Assembly (NCBI GenBank): GCA_040767805.1
Contig: JAXGNU010000010.1
Coordinates: 1 to 58,048, forward strand
DNA: 58,048 bases
Reading direction: 5' to 3'
From: Thermovirgaceae bacterium
Lineage (GTDB): Bacteria > Synergistota > Synergistia > Synergistales > Thermovirgaceae
The number at the start of each line of letters is the position of its first letter. The stretch's first letter is position 1. The position numbers and the translations under genes were made by a program. The notes below the pieces were generated by a model, which was given only the letters and a program-made list of their open reading frames with translations, made no database searches and was not told where the DNA came from. This document shows, piece after piece, positions 1 through 10,033 of the stretch.

Positions 1-366
1 CCCCCGGTTATCCCAGCTGAAGGTCAAGAGGCGAACCTGTTGCAGGCGTCCGCTCGGCCCGACAGTCCCCGGCCAGGTCATCGCCCGATGTACCATGGTC
101 GAAGAGTTTTGGCCCGCCGATGGAAGCTCTGAACGGTCGGTGGATCCTTCCTGGTGGACCTGAAAACTCCCGCCTCGAAGGGCTTCATTGATCCGGGATT
201 TGTCGTGAATGAGGCCCCCTTGACGGACCCCCGAAAGATAAGGGCCTCTGAAGGGTTATACTTTAAAAAGAGGTCCAGCGTCAGCGCGGCGTAAGGCCAC
301 GCCGGGGCTCGCTCCGGGTAGCATACCAGTCGTCCCTGGTTCAGCGGGATCGAAAAGAGGCTTTAA

Positions 367-705
367 ATGCACGAGTTGTCCTTGGTCGGCGCCGTGGTTG
401 AATCCTTGGAGGAGATGGCCAGGGAAAAGGGATGGAAGAAAGTGACGAAGGTCACCTTGAGGATCGGCCGGATGAGACAAGTCATCCCCGAGGTAATGGT
501 CTTTTCCTTTTCCGTGGTCACCGAGGGCACTATCATGGAGGGGTCCTCGCTGGAGATCCTTGAAGTACCCGTCACGAGCCGGTGCTCTTTTTGCGGGGAG
601 GAATGGGAGGGCCTATCATTCCTATGTCCCCGCTGCGGGAGCGGCCAAGTCGAGACCGCGAGCGGCATGGAGTTGGACCTGGAATCGGTGGAGGTGGAAG
701 AGTAA
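367..705 (+). CDS. hypA: Hydrogenase maturation nickel metallochaperone HypA
   Basis: N-terminal MHE Ni-binding motif and two CxxC motifs (CSFC, CPRC); 112 aa; adjacent to hypB. Confidence 0.95.
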   Translation: MHELSLVGAVVESLEEMAREKGWKKVTKVTLRIGRMRQVIPEVMVFSFSVVTEGTIMEGSSLEILEVPVTSRCSFCGEEWEGLSFLCPRCGSGQVETASGMELDLESVEVEE

Positions 706-706
706 T

Positions 707-1363
707 ATGTCCCGAAGGATAGCAATCCAGCGGTCGGTCATGGCCGCCGACGAAAAAATTGCCGAAAAGATCAGGAAAGACCTTTCAAAAAAAGGGGTGC
801 TGATGCTCAACCTGATCGGTTCCCCGGGCTCAGGCAAGACCGCCCTCCTTGAATGGACCCTGAAGGACCCCCTTTTTCGATCGGTGGTCCTCGAAGGCGA
901 TGTGGCCACGTCGAGGGACGCCGAGAGGATAGCCCGTACCGGAACCCCGGTGGTGCAGATCAATACCCGGGGGGGGTGCCACCTGGAGGCCAACCTCGTT
1001 GAGAAAGCCCTTGAGAGCCTTGAGATGGACGGCGTCGACGTCATCTTCGTCGAGAACGTGGGAAACCTCGTATGTCCCGCGGAATTCGACCTAGGCGAGG
1101 ACTACAAGGTCGCCCTTTGCAGCGTCCCGGAAGGGCCGGACAAGCCCCTCAAGTACCCTCACCTGTTCATGCGGGCCGAGGCCGTGTTGCTCACCAAGGT
1201 GGACCTGCTCGAACACCTGGATTTCGACAGGGACCTTTTCTGGAAGGATGTCAAGGAATTGAACCCTAGGGCAGAAAGGTTGGAAGTATCGCCCCTCAGG
1301 GGAGATGGCATGTCCGATTGGGTTTCGTTGGTCCAAGGCTGGGTCAAGGCGAAGAGGCCATGA
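707..1363 (+). CDS. hypB: Hydrogenase nickel incorporation GTPase HypB
   Basis: GSPGSGKT P-loop, GCHL, ENVGNLVCPA, DKPLKYP and TKVD motifs; ATG at 707 directly after the hypA stop. Confidence 0.95.
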   Translation: MSRRIAIQRSVMAADEKIAEKIRKDLSKKGVLMLNLIGSPGSGKTALLEWTLKDPLFRSVVLEGDVATSRDAERIARTGTPVVQINTRGGCHLEANLVEKALESLEMDGVDVIFVENVGNLVCPAEFDLGEDYKVALCSVPEGPDKPLKYPHLFMRAEAVLLTKVDLLEHLDFDRDLFWKDVKELNPRAERLEVSPLRGDGMSDWVSLVQGWVKAKRP

Positions 1364-3336
1364 ACCGGAAAGAGGCCTCGAGCCTGATCGCATCCCTCAA
1401 CGACAGCCAGGCTGAGGCCGTCCGCTATTACTCGGGACCGCAACTCGTCCTGGCCGGGGCGGGGAGCGGCAAGACCCGCGTCCTTGCCCACAAGTTCGCC
1501 TGGCTCGTATCCGAGCATGGCCTCGACCCCCGTTCCATCATGGCAGTGACCTTTACGAACAAGGCCGCCCGGGAGATGCGGGAGAGGATAAACAGGCTCC
1601 TGGGCGTAGACCTTGCCGGGCTGGAGGTCGGGACCTTCCACTCATGGGGCCTTCGCTTCCTAATAAGAAACCACCGTGAGCTCGAGAGGATCACCGGGCG
1701 AAGGGCTGCGACAATCTTTGACCGAGCCGACACGAGGTCGCTGGTAAAGGCCATCATGAAAGAACTAGGCATTGACCCGGGGCAGTACGAACCGGGCTGG
1801 GTGGTGGAACGCCTTTGCAGGGCCAAGAGCGAGGGGGACCCCAGGACCCTCAACATCGGGGAACAGGATTTCCCGATCGGGCCGATCTACTCAAAGTACC
1901 AGGAAGGGCTGGCCAGGCAGGGCGCTGTAGATTTTGAGGACCTGCTTGTTTTACCCCTGCACCTCATTGTCAATGATAGCAATGTGCGTGAAAGGGAGAG
2001 GGAGCGCATAGACTGGATCCTGGTGGACGAATACCAGGACGTAAACCGTCCCCAGTACCTGCTCCTGAAGGCCCTCTCCTCGGGGCGGGAGAAGATCATG
2101 GTCGTCGGCGACCCGGACCAGTCGATATACGGGTGGCGAGGGGCCGATATGAACATGATCCTTAATTTCGAAAAGGACTTCCCCGACGCCAAGGTTTTCG
2201 TCCTTGAGCAAAACTACCGTTCCACGCAGAATATTCTCGGCGGGGCCAACGGCGTCATCAGGAACAACTTCCGCAGGAAACCGAAGAAGCTCTGGACTTC
2301 GAGGAGCGGTGGGGAGAAGATCCATGTCCTGCTGGCGGGTAACGAGAGGATCGAGGCGGACTTCATTGCGGAAGAGGTGCTGAGGCTCAGGGGGATCGGT
2401 TTCAGGTTCGGGGACATGGCCGTTTTGTACAGGATAAACGCCATGAGCAGGCTTTACGAGGAGGTTTTTCTCCGCCACGATATCCCCTACAGGATTGTAC
2501 GGGGGACGGCTTTTTACGAGAGGCGGGAGGTCAAGGACGCCCTCTCCTTCATGAGGCTCGCCGTCAACCCCTTCGATGAGGCCGCGCTGGAGAGGATAGG
2601 GAACATGCCCTCCCGAAGCCTGGGGAAAAAATCCATGGAAAAATTGAAGAACCATATCCACGCTTCGGGAGAGCAGGGGATCGGATTATGGACAAAACTG
2701 TCCGAAAACGGGGCCGGACTCCCCGGTAAGGCCGGTAAGGGGGTCATGGAACTCGGGGGCCACATGGTTGAGATCAATGAGCGAAGCGGAGACATACCGT
2801 CTATCATAGATTATATCTTGGAGGGGATCGGTTACCAAGCGGAATTGACCCGGATGGACCCCGAAGGCTGGAGAGAGAGGGTGGACAACATAAGGGAACT
2901 CCTCTCGGTCACTTCCTCCGCCGAAGGGCTCGAGAGGATGCTCGCGGAGATAGCCCTGGTGACCGACCTGGACCTTGCGCCTGACGAGGCGGAGTCGGTG
3001 AGCCTGATGAGCCTCCACGCCGCCAAGGGGCTGGAGTTCCCGGCGGTCTTCATGGTAGGCCTCGAGGAAGCACTGTTCCCCCATTATAGGTGCTTCGATG
3101 ACCCGGACGACTTGGAAGAGGAGAGGCGCCTTTGTTACGTGGGCATGACCAGGGCCGAGGAGAGGCTCTACTTGACCGGTGCGGGTAGCCGGGTCCTTTT
3201 CGGGGCCATCCAGAGAAACGGTTTTTCCAGGTTCCTCTGGGAGATCCCTGATGAATTCAAGGAAACCGGGGAGATTAGCGGGGAGGAAGTATCCTATGCT
3301 GGTGATAGGCCTTACGGGAGACGTTGGGGCTGGTAA
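1360..3336 (+). CDS. pcrA: ATP-dependent DNA helicase, UvrD/PcrA family
   Basis: LAGAGSGKT, DEYQD, VGDPDQSIYGWRGA, LEQNYRS, HAAKGLEF and EEERRLCYVGMTRA motifs; ATGA overlap with hypB. Confidence 0.93.
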   Translation: MNRKEASSLIASLNDSQAEAVRYYSGPQLVLAGAGSGKTRVLAHKFAWLVSEHGLDPRSIMAVTFTNKAAREMRERINRLLGVDLAGLEVGTFHSWGLRFLIRNHRELERITGRRAATIFDRADTRSLVKAIMKELGIDPGQYEPGWVVERLCRAKSEGDPRTLNIGEQDFPIGPIYSKYQEGLARQGAVDFEDLLVLPLHLIVNDSNVRERERERIDWILVDEYQDVNRPQYLLLKALSSGREKIMVVGDPDQSIYGWRGADMNMILNFEKDFPDAKVFVLEQNYRSTQNILGGANGVIRNNFRRKPKKLWTSRSGGEKIHVLLAGNERIEADFIAEEVLRLRGIGFRFGDMAVLYRINAMSRLYEEVFLRHDIPYRIVRGTAFYERREVKDALSFMRLAVNPFDEAALERIGNMPSRSLGKKSMEKLKNHIHASGEQGIGLWTKLSENGAGLPGKAGKGVMELGGHMVEINERSGDIPSIIDYILEGIGYQAELTRMDPEGWRERVDNIRELLSVTSSAEGLERMLAEIALVTDLDLAPDEAESVSLMSLHAAKGLEFPAVFMVGLEEALFPHYRCFDDPDDLEEERRLCYVGMTRAEERLYLTGAGSRVLFGAIQRNGFSRFLWEIPDEFKETGEISGEEVSYAGDRPYGRRWGW

Positions 3337-4186
3337 ATCGACGGTTTCATCCGCCTGGGCATCCCAGGGGGCCCGGGTCATCAGCGCGGACCCGATAGTG
3401 GCTGAACTCTGGAAGAGAAGAGACTTGGCGGCCCTAGCCGTAGGAAGGTGGGGGCGGGGTATTCTCAACGCCGAGGGGACCCTGGATCATGTGGCCCTTT
3501 CCGGGTTCATCTTTGGGGATGAGGAGGAGTACCGCTGGGCGTGCGGGATCATCCACCCCTTAGTCCGGGAGGAGATGGAAAAGCGGATCGATGGCCTTGA
3601 CGGCTGGGTTGTCGCCGAGATCCCGCTTTTGTTCGAAAAGGGGGTACCGGAATGGGTCGATCTCACCGTTTATATCGAAGCGTCGGAGGAGGAAAGAGTG
3701 CGCCGCAACGCCTTTCGTGGTTGGGACAGGAAAGAGCTCCATAGGCGCGAACGCTGGCTTCTTGAACCGGAAGACAAGAAAACCAGGGCCGACTTGGTCA
3801 TCAGTAATGACGGTACCCTGGATGAACTGGTAGAAAACGCTAGGGATCTTGGGTCGCGTTTTCTCTCCCTTTCCTCCCTCACAAGGGTCTGTTTCGAATC
3901 GATCACGCCGGAGGTATCCTGCCGCTTGTTCCGTGAATTATCCAGGGACGAGAAGGTCATCGAGGTGGGGATCGCAACCGACGGGGAGTGCGAGGTCACG
4001 GGCACGCCCCGAGGCGGCCCCGACCTTGTTGTCACGGCCTCCGTGAGATCCTGCCACCTGGAGGTGATAAAGGCCGTGGCCGAAAGGATCGGCGGCGTTG
4101 GTATCTGTGTCCGTTCGAGTCAACCTGAGGGGCGACGGTTTCCCAAGGAGGTTTTGTTGCGGGCCATGAAGGGAGAGAAGTGTTGA
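3296..4186 (+). CDS. coaE: Dephospho-CoA kinase with ~100-aa C-terminal extension
   Basis: IGLTGDVGAGKST P-loop, IIHPLV, EIPLLFE and ADLVISNDG motifs. Confidence 0.9.
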   Translation: MLVIGLTGDVGAGKSTVSSAWASQGARVISADPIVAELWKRRDLAALAVGRWGRGILNAEGTLDHVALSGFIFGDEEEYRWACGIIHPLVREEMEKRIDGLDGWVVAEIPLLFEKGVPEWVDLTVYIEASEEERVRRNAFRGWDRKELHRRERWLLEPEDKKTRADLVISNDGTLDELVENARDLGSRFLSLSSLTRVCFESITPEVSCRLFRELSRDEKVIEVGIATDGECEVTGTPRGGPDLVVTASVRSCHLEVIKAVAERIGGVGICVRSSQPEGRRFPKEVLLRAMKGEKC

Positions 4187-6834
4187 AGGTCATCACCACC
4201 CACATCGGCGCCGATTTTGACTCCTTGGCCAGCATGGTGGCGGCGGCGAAGCTCTACCCTGGAGCGCGGGCCTGCTTCTCCGGCTCGGCGGGGAGAAATG
4301 TCAGGGAATTCCTCAAAAGAACGCCGGGAAGGTGGGAGATCCTGACGCCCAGCCAGGTTGACATGAACAAGATAACGATGCTGATAGTCGTGGATGCCCG
4401 CTCTCCCGCCAGGATCGCTTCCTTTGCTGGCATCCTCGGCCGTCCTGGACTGGAGGTCCACGTCTACGATCACCACGCGGCAGTACAGGAAGAGATCGAG
4501 GCATCTTTTTCGCTGATAGAGCCCGTGGGGGCCACAACCACCATCCTCGTAGGGAAACTGCTCGAAAAGGGGATCCCCATATCACCGAAGGAAGCCACCC
4601 TTTTCGCCATGGGCATCTACGAGGATACCGGTGCGCTGACTTTCGGTGCCACAACCGAGAAGGACTTCCGGGCTATCCTCGACCTGAAGAACCTGGGGGC
4701 GGACATGACCGCCATCCCCGCCCATATTGAACTCTCCCTCGACAGTTCCGAGAGAAGGATACTGGACAAAATGATCGAAAACGCCCGGGAGAGGTACATC
4801 AACGGCGCCAAGGTGGTACTCTCGTCGATGACCAGCACGGCCTATGTCGAAGGGCTTTCGCTCTTCGTCCATCGCCTCAGGGATTTTTTCGATGCCGATG
4901 TGGCGCTCGCGGCCGTCCAAATGGAAAAAAGGGTGTACGTCGTGGCCCGAGGCCGTGAGGAGGTTCTCGATGTCGCTGACCTTCTTTCCCCCCTTGGGGG
5001 AGGGGGGCATCCCCAGGCCGCGGCGGTGACCCTGACCGGGGTCACCCCCCAGGAGGTGCTGGCCGACCTGGAGGCAAGACTTGAAAAGTCCATCCGGCCA
5101 CTGGTGACCGTCGGCGAAGTAATGACCAGCCCGGTGATGGTCATCTCCCCGGAAAAATCGTTGGAAGACGCTTACCGGCTGATGATCAGGTACGGTCACT
5201 CCGCTCTTCCTGTGGCGCTTGGCGAAGGCGAAGTAAAGGGGATCATCACGAGAAAGGATCTCGACAGGGCTCAGACCCACGGTCTTGGCGAGGCCAGGGT
5301 AGAAGATTACATGACGGAGGATCCCCTCTCCATCGGCCCGGGGGCCGCCGTAGCCGAGGCGCACAGGATCATGGTTTCCCGGAACATCGGCAGGCTTATG
5401 GTGACGAGGGACGGACGACTTATGGGGATCGTTACCAGGACCGATATCCTCAGGGCCCTCTTCCCCAGGTCCCTGCCCGTGGAGACAAGAACGGTGGCCC
5501 CGGAGATGCCTTGGGTGGAGAACATCTCCGGCCTGATGGCATCCCTTCTCAAAGACCCGGTCTCCTCCCTCCTTCGAAAGATGGGGGAAAGGGCCACCTC
5601 CTTGGGCATGAAAGCCTATGTTGTCGGCGGCTTCGTGCGGGACCTGCTCCTTGGGGGACTCAACGAAGACCTGGATATCGTCGTCGAAGGTGATGCCGTG
5701 GCTTTCCTCGAATCCTGGGTGAGAGACGGCGCCAGGGTAGCGATCCACCAGCGATTCCGGACGGGGACCGTCATTTTCCCCGACGGCCGGAAGGTTGACG
5801 TGGCCACCGCCAGGAGGGAGTTTTATGAACAACCCGTTGCACAACCCCAGGTTTCCATCGATTCGATAAAGCACGACCTTTACCGCAGGGATTTCTCGAT
5901 AAACGCGATGGCCCTATCGATTAACGAAGAGGATTGGGGTACGCTGATCGACTATTTCGGCGGGCGTCGGGACATCAAGGACAGGCTCTTGAGGGTCCTC
6001 CACAACCTGAGTTTCGTCGAGGACCCGACAAGGGCTATAAGGGGGATACGCCTGGAACAAAGGCTGGGTCTGCGGATCGAGGACAACACCCTCAGGCTAC
6101 TAGAAAACTGCATCCGAGGGGGGTTGCTAACGCTGCTGTCGGGCGTTCGCCTCAGAAGCGAGATAGAACCCCTTTTCCAGGAGAAGAACGTCCTGGCGCA
6201 GATCAAAAGGTTTAACTCCGTCGGTTTCTGGAGGGCGGTCTTTCCGGGCGTCGTGGTTGACAAGGGAGCTCTGAGGGCGACCAGGCGCCTTGAGGTCTTC
6301 AAGAAGAGGCTCTCCAGGGATATTCCCGACATGGGCGACAGGCAGTGGCTTTTCTTTTTGATGGCGCTCCTCACCGACTCGCCCAGTACGGTCGCCCTGC
6401 AAGTGCTCGACAGGCTCAACCTTTCGCCCGCCGAAAGAGACTTGATCACGAAGGGGCTCTTTGAACTGGGACCGGCTGAACACAGGCTCGGCGGGAGGGG
6501 GCAAAAGAAACCTTCGCACATCTTCACGTTCTTGAAGGAATATAACCCCATCACGACATTTTACTGGGCCGCCGCCACGGAACGCTGGCGGGTGAGGAGG
6601 AGGATACTCCTTTACCTGACCCGCCTCCAAAAAGTCGAACCCATGCTGGTAGGCCGCGACCTGCTGGAGATGGGATACCAGGAAGGCCCTCTCATCGGGA
6701 GCATCCTTTCGCGGCTGCAGATGGCCCGGTTGGACGGGGAAGTGGAAACCCGCGAAGATGAAATCGAATGGGTCAGGCACCATTTCCTCCCCTCCCTTTC
6801 GGGATCGGGACGGGCCAAGACACAGGAGGTGTGA
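4180..6834 (+). CDS. cca: tRNA nucleotidyltransferase (CCA/A-adding, class II) with N-terminal DHH/DHHA1 and CBS domains
   Basis: DFDS, DHH and GGGGHPQAA (DHH/DHHA1); tandem CBS; VGGFVRDLLLG-DLD, RRDFSINAMA and EDPTRAIRG nucleotidyltransferase motifs. Confidence 0.88.
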   Translation: MLKVITTHIGADFDSLASMVAAAKLYPGARACFSGSAGRNVREFLKRTPGRWEILTPSQVDMNKITMLIVVDARSPARIASFAGILGRPGLEVHVYDHHAAVQEEIEASFSLIEPVGATTTILVGKLLEKGIPISPKEATLFAMGIYEDTGALTFGATTEKDFRAILDLKNLGADMTAIPAHIELSLDSSERRILDKMIENARERYINGAKVVLSSMTSTAYVEGLSLFVHRLRDFFDADVALAAVQMEKRVYVVARGREEVLDVADLLSPLGGGGHPQAAAVTLTGVTPQEVLADLEARLEKSIRPLVTVGEVMTSPVMVISPEKSLEDAYRLMIRYGHSALPVALGEGEVKGIITRKDLDRAQTHGLGEARVEDYMTEDPLSIGPGAAVAEAHRIMVSRNIGRLMVTRDGRLMGIVTRTDILRALFPRSLPVETRTVAPEMPWVENISGLMASLLKDPVSSLLRKMGERATSLGMKAYVVGGFVRDLLLGGLNEDLDIVVEGDAVAFLESWVRDGARVAIHQRFRTGTVIFPDGRKVDVATARREFYEQPVAQPQVSIDSIKHDLYRRDFSINAMALSINEEDWGTLIDYFGGRRDIKDRLLRVLHNLSFVEDPTRAIRGIRLEQRLGLRIEDNTLRLLENCIRGGLLTLLSGVRLRSEIEPLFQEKNVLAQIKRFNSVGFWRAVFPGVVVDKGALRATRRLEVFKKRLSRDIPDMGDRQWLFFLMALLTDSPSTVALQVLDRLNLSPAERDLITKGLFELGPAEHRLGGRGQKKPSHIFTFLKEYNPITTFYWAAATERWRVRRRILLYLTRLQKVEPMLVGRDLLEMGYQEGPLIGSILSRLQMARLDGEVETREDEIEWVRHHFLPSLSGSGRAKTQEV

Positions 6835-6847
6835 AGACTTGGGCCAC

Positions 6848-7444
6848 ATGCCCGCCCTTGGGGACCTGCTTCTGAGCCTGCCAGCAGTCCTTTGGGCCAT
6901 AACGTTTCATGAATTTTGTCATGGCTACGCCGCCGTTCTTCTCGGCGATCCCACGCCGGCCAGGATGGGGCGGCTGACGCTGAACCCCCTGGCCCATCTT
7001 GACCCTATAGGGGCCCTGATGCTGCTCGTTTTTCGTTTCGGCTGGGCGAAACCGGTACCTATCGATCCCAGGTTTTTCAGGCGCCCGGGGCGCGACATGG
7101 CGATCGTTTCCCTGGCGGGTTCGGTCGGCAACCTGGTCACCGCTGTCGCCTGTGGGATCGCAGTGAGGCTTATCCCCGACCCCTTCATTTCCATCCCGGC
7201 CCTGGGAAGGTTCGTGGTCCTCATGATCTTGATCAATCTTGGGCTGGGTGTTTTCAACCTTGTCCCCATTCCGCCCCTGGATGGTTCAAAACTGCTGTCC
7301 CTATTCCTGCCCCCATCGTGGCTGAGGGGGTTTTTCTGGCTCGAAAGGTACGGTATCTTCATCCTGATGGTCCTTTTGGCCCTTGGGGTGGTCCAGGCGT
7401 TGATCAGCCCCTTGATAATGACCCTATTTCACTTGATACTTTGA
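6848..7444 (+). CDS. Site-2 protease family (M50) membrane zinc metalloprotease
   Basis: HEFCH zinc motif, FNLVPIPPLDG motif, hydrophobic segments. Confidence 0.92.
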   Translation: MPALGDLLLSLPAVLWAITFHEFCHGYAAVLLGDPTPARMGRLTLNPLAHLDPIGALMLLVFRFGWAKPVPIDPRFFRRPGRDMAIVSLAGSVGNLVTAVACGIAVRLIPDPFISIPALGRFVVLMILINLGLGVFNLVPIPPLDGSKLLSLFLPPSWLRGFFWLERYGIFILMVLLALGVVQALISPLIMTLFHLIL

Positions 7445-7456
7445 TGCCCGGAAGGA

Positions 7457-8281
7457 GTGAAAGGGCCTTTGAAAATTCTCGTCTCCAATGACGACGGTGT
7501 ATTTGCTCCAGGAATTGTTGCCCTGGTCAGGAAACTGCACGATCAAGGTTACCAACCCTGCGTTGTGGCCCCGGATAGGGAGCGGAGCAGCGTGGGTCAT
7601 GCGATAACCCTCCACAGGCCCCTGAGGCTGAGATCGATCGAGGGGGGAGGGTACCCTAAACATCTGGAAGCTTTCTCCTGCGACGGCACCCCCTCCGACT
7701 GCGTGGTCCTCGGCCTGGAGGCCGTGGCCCCTGATTCAGAGATTGTGCTCTCGGGGATCAACAGGGGCCCCAACCTCGCCGACGACCTGACCTATTCGGG
7801 GACCGTTTCGGCGGCCATGGAAGGGTTGTTCCTAGGGAAGCCATCCATCGCTGTATCCCTCGACTGCAAGCCTGACGATGAAAAGGAGCATTACGGTACG
7901 GCAGCCGAGTCGGTGGTCTTCATTCTCGGACGAGTAAGGGAGCGTTCCCTGCCGAAGGGCATTCTTTTGAATGTGAATGTCCCCAATGTCCCCATGAGTG
8001 CAGTTAAGGGCTACAGGATCACGAGGAAAGGAGTGCGGATCTATAAGGAAAAGGTCACCCTTCTTAAGGACCCCAAAGGCCGGTCCTGCTACTGGATATC
8101 CGGCAAGCCGGAGGACGTTAGCGAGGACGGCAGTGATATCGGGGCGGTCGCCGAAGGATATGTATCGATCACTCCCATCCACATGGACATGACCCACTAC
8201 CCCTCCATGGCGGTGCTTCGGGAAGCCGGGTTCGAGAATTATTTTGCCGAAGGGTTCCGCTCCGGCATCGACGGACCCTGA
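7457..8281 (+). CDS. surE: 5'/3'-nucleotidase SurE
   Basis: ILVSNDDG, GTPSDCV and SGINRGPN...YSGTVSAA motifs. Confidence 0.95.
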   Translation: MKGPLKILVSNDDGVFAPGIVALVRKLHDQGYQPCVVAPDRERSSVGHAITLHRPLRLRSIEGGGYPKHLEAFSCDGTPSDCVVLGLEAVAPDSEIVLSGINRGPNLADDLTYSGTVSAAMEGLFLGKPSIAVSLDCKPDDEKEHYGTAAESVVFILGRVRERSLPKGILLNVNVPNVPMSAVKGYRITRKGVRIYKEKVTLLKDPKGRSCYWISGKPEDVSEDGSDIGAVAEGYVSITPIHMDMTHYPSMAVLREAGFENYFAEGFRSGIDGP

Positions 8282-8368
8282 TCGCCTCGCCTTTAAGCTG
8301 TACCCTTACCCTTGCCGCTTCGTGGAAGGGACCAAAAAATGGTCTTCATGCTCCCGAGGAGATCTAGG

Positions 8369-8396
8369 TTGACAATTTCCGAGAGCGGTGTATTAT
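8369..8396 (+). promoter_or_regulatory. Sigma70-type promoter for the argG leader
   Basis: TTGACA at 8369-8374, 16-bp spacer, TATTAT at 8391-8396. Confidence 0.6.
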
Positions 8397-8504
8397 ATTC
8401 GCCAATTATCGAAAGGATCGGAGAGATTTTAGTGGTTATGACCCTTACTCGATTAAGACGGGTTGGACGAATAAGACCTGGTCTGTCTGCGTCGGAATTC
8501 GCGA

Positions 8505-8752
8505 ATTACGCGGTGATGACGGGGAAGAGTAGGTCGTGCGCTCGTCGACAGAGAGGGGATGCAAACCGCTGAAAGCGTTCCTCGCCGAGACCGACCGAAT
8601 AGAGCCCCTGAGCCGACCCCCGAAGAAAGCCCTCTTAAGGGCAAGTAGGGGGTAAACGGTTTCAAACCGTGAGAGTAGGCTGAAGAGGCCGAAAAGTAGG
8701 GTGGCACCGCGGGCAAGGCTCGCCCCTTCGTTCGAAGGGGCGAGCCTTTTTG
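8505..8752 (+). promoter_or_regulatory. T-box riboswitch leader with Arg (AGA) specifier and intrinsic terminator
   Basis: Stem I landmarks (GATGA..GGGGAAGAGTA, AGAGA, GCTGAAA, GAAT-AGA-G-CCCCTGA); T-box AGGGTGGCACCGCG at 8698-8711; terminator GGCTCGCCCCTTC/GAAGGGGCGAGCC-TTTTT; lies upstream of argG. Confidence 0.92.
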
Positions 8753-8776
8753 TTATTTTAAGAGGAGGGAACCGGG

Positions 8777-10018
8777 ATGGAATACAAGGGAAAGGTGATT
8801 CTAGCTTACAGCGGGGGCCTCGATACCTCGGTGGCGATAAAATGGCTGATCGACCAGGGTTACGACGTGGTTACCCTGACGGCCGACGTGGGGCAGATCC
8901 TCGACATGGAGGAGGTCAAGGAGAAGGCGCTCAAGGTGGGAGCCGTCAACGCCTACGTCATGGATCTCAGGCAGGAGTTCGTGGAAACCATGGTCTGGCC
9001 TGCGCTGAAGGCCAACGCCCTCTACCAGGGCAAGTATCCCCTGAATTCAGCCCTTTCAAGGCCGATCATAGCAAAGTACCTTGTGTGGGTGGCCAAGATG
9101 GAAGGAGCCGTCGCCGTCGCCCATGGTTGTACCGGGAAGGGTCAGGACCAGGTCAGGATCGAAGTCTGTTCCAATGCATTGGATCCGGACCTCGAGGTCA
9201 TCGCTCCGGTCAGGGAATGGCATTTCTCAAGGGACGCAGAGATCGATTATGCCAAGGAAAACGGCATCCCCGTCCCTGTCACGGCGGAAAGCCCTTATTC
9301 CATAGATGGTAACTTGTGGGGCAGGTCCATTGAATGCGGCCCGCTGGAAGATCCCTGGACGGAACCCCCCAGCGATGCTTTCGCCCTTACGGTGGACCCC
9401 TGGGAAGCTCCGGAAGAACAGGAATACATCGAGATAACCTTTAAAAAGGGCATTCCGGTGGCGATCAACGGCACCGTTATGGACGGTGTGACGTTGATCG
9501 CCGAACTGAACAGGGTAGCTGGAGCGCATGGGGTGGGCAGGATCGACATGATCGAAGACCGGCTGGTGGGATTCAAGAGCAGGGAGGTTTATGAATGTCC
9601 CGCGACGGTATGCCTCCTCCAGGCTCACCAGGCACTGGAGAGCCTGACCCTGACGAAGGATATCATCGCGGCCAAGGCGGACCTCTCGCTTAAGTACGCG
9701 GAACTCGCCTATACGGGTTTCTGGTTCTCGCCGCTGAAAAAGGCTCTCGACGCCTTTTTCGATTCCATCCAGGAGAACGTGTCCGGCACTGTCAGGGTGC
9801 GGCTTTTCAAGGGCGCGTCGGTTGTAGTGGGAATTAAGGCTGAAAAGTCTCTTTATGTCGAGTCCATGGCCACCTATTCGGAAGGGGATGCCTTTGACCA
9901 CGAGGCTGCGGCCGGGTTCATAAAGATTTGGGGGCTCCCTGTCAAACTCTGGAGGCAGGTCCACCCTGAAGCTGAAGCGGAGGCCCCGGAGCTGAAAGTC
10001 GTAGGCGGTGCCAAGTGA
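8777..10018 (+). CDS. argG: Argininosuccinate synthase
   Basis: [33 protein letters not shown] and KSREVYE motifs. Confidence 0.97.
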   Translation: MEYKGKVILAYSGGLDTSVAIKWLIDQGYDVVTLTADVGQILDMEEVKEKALKVGAVNAYVMDLRQEFVETMVWPALKANALYQGKYPLNSALSRPIIAKYLVWVAKMEGAVAVAHGCTGKGQDQVRIEVCSNALDPDLEVIAPVREWHFSRDAEIDYAKENGIPVPVTAESPYSIDGNLWGRSIECGPLEDPWTEPPSDAFALTVDPWEAPEEQEYIEITFKKGIPVAINGTVMDGVTLIAELNRVAGAHGVGRIDMIEDRLVGFKSREVYECPATVCLLQAHQALESLTLTKDIIAAKADLSLKYAELAYTGFWFSPLKKALDAFFDSIQENVSGTVRVRLFKGASVVVGIKAEKSLYVESMATYSEGDAFDHEAAAGFIKIWGLPVKLWRQVHPEAEAEAPELKVVGGAK

Positions 10019-10033
10019 CCGTGACCGGGTCAG

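Noticed and set aside
1..250. Partial CDS at the window start
   Set aside because: A minus-strand frame is open to the edge, but it has no recognisable motif, start or RBS.
4582..5874. Long antisense ORFs (e.g. 4582-5874, 24869-26125, 25819-26859)
   Set aside because: These are shadow frames of real genes in high-GC DNA, without motifs or RBS.
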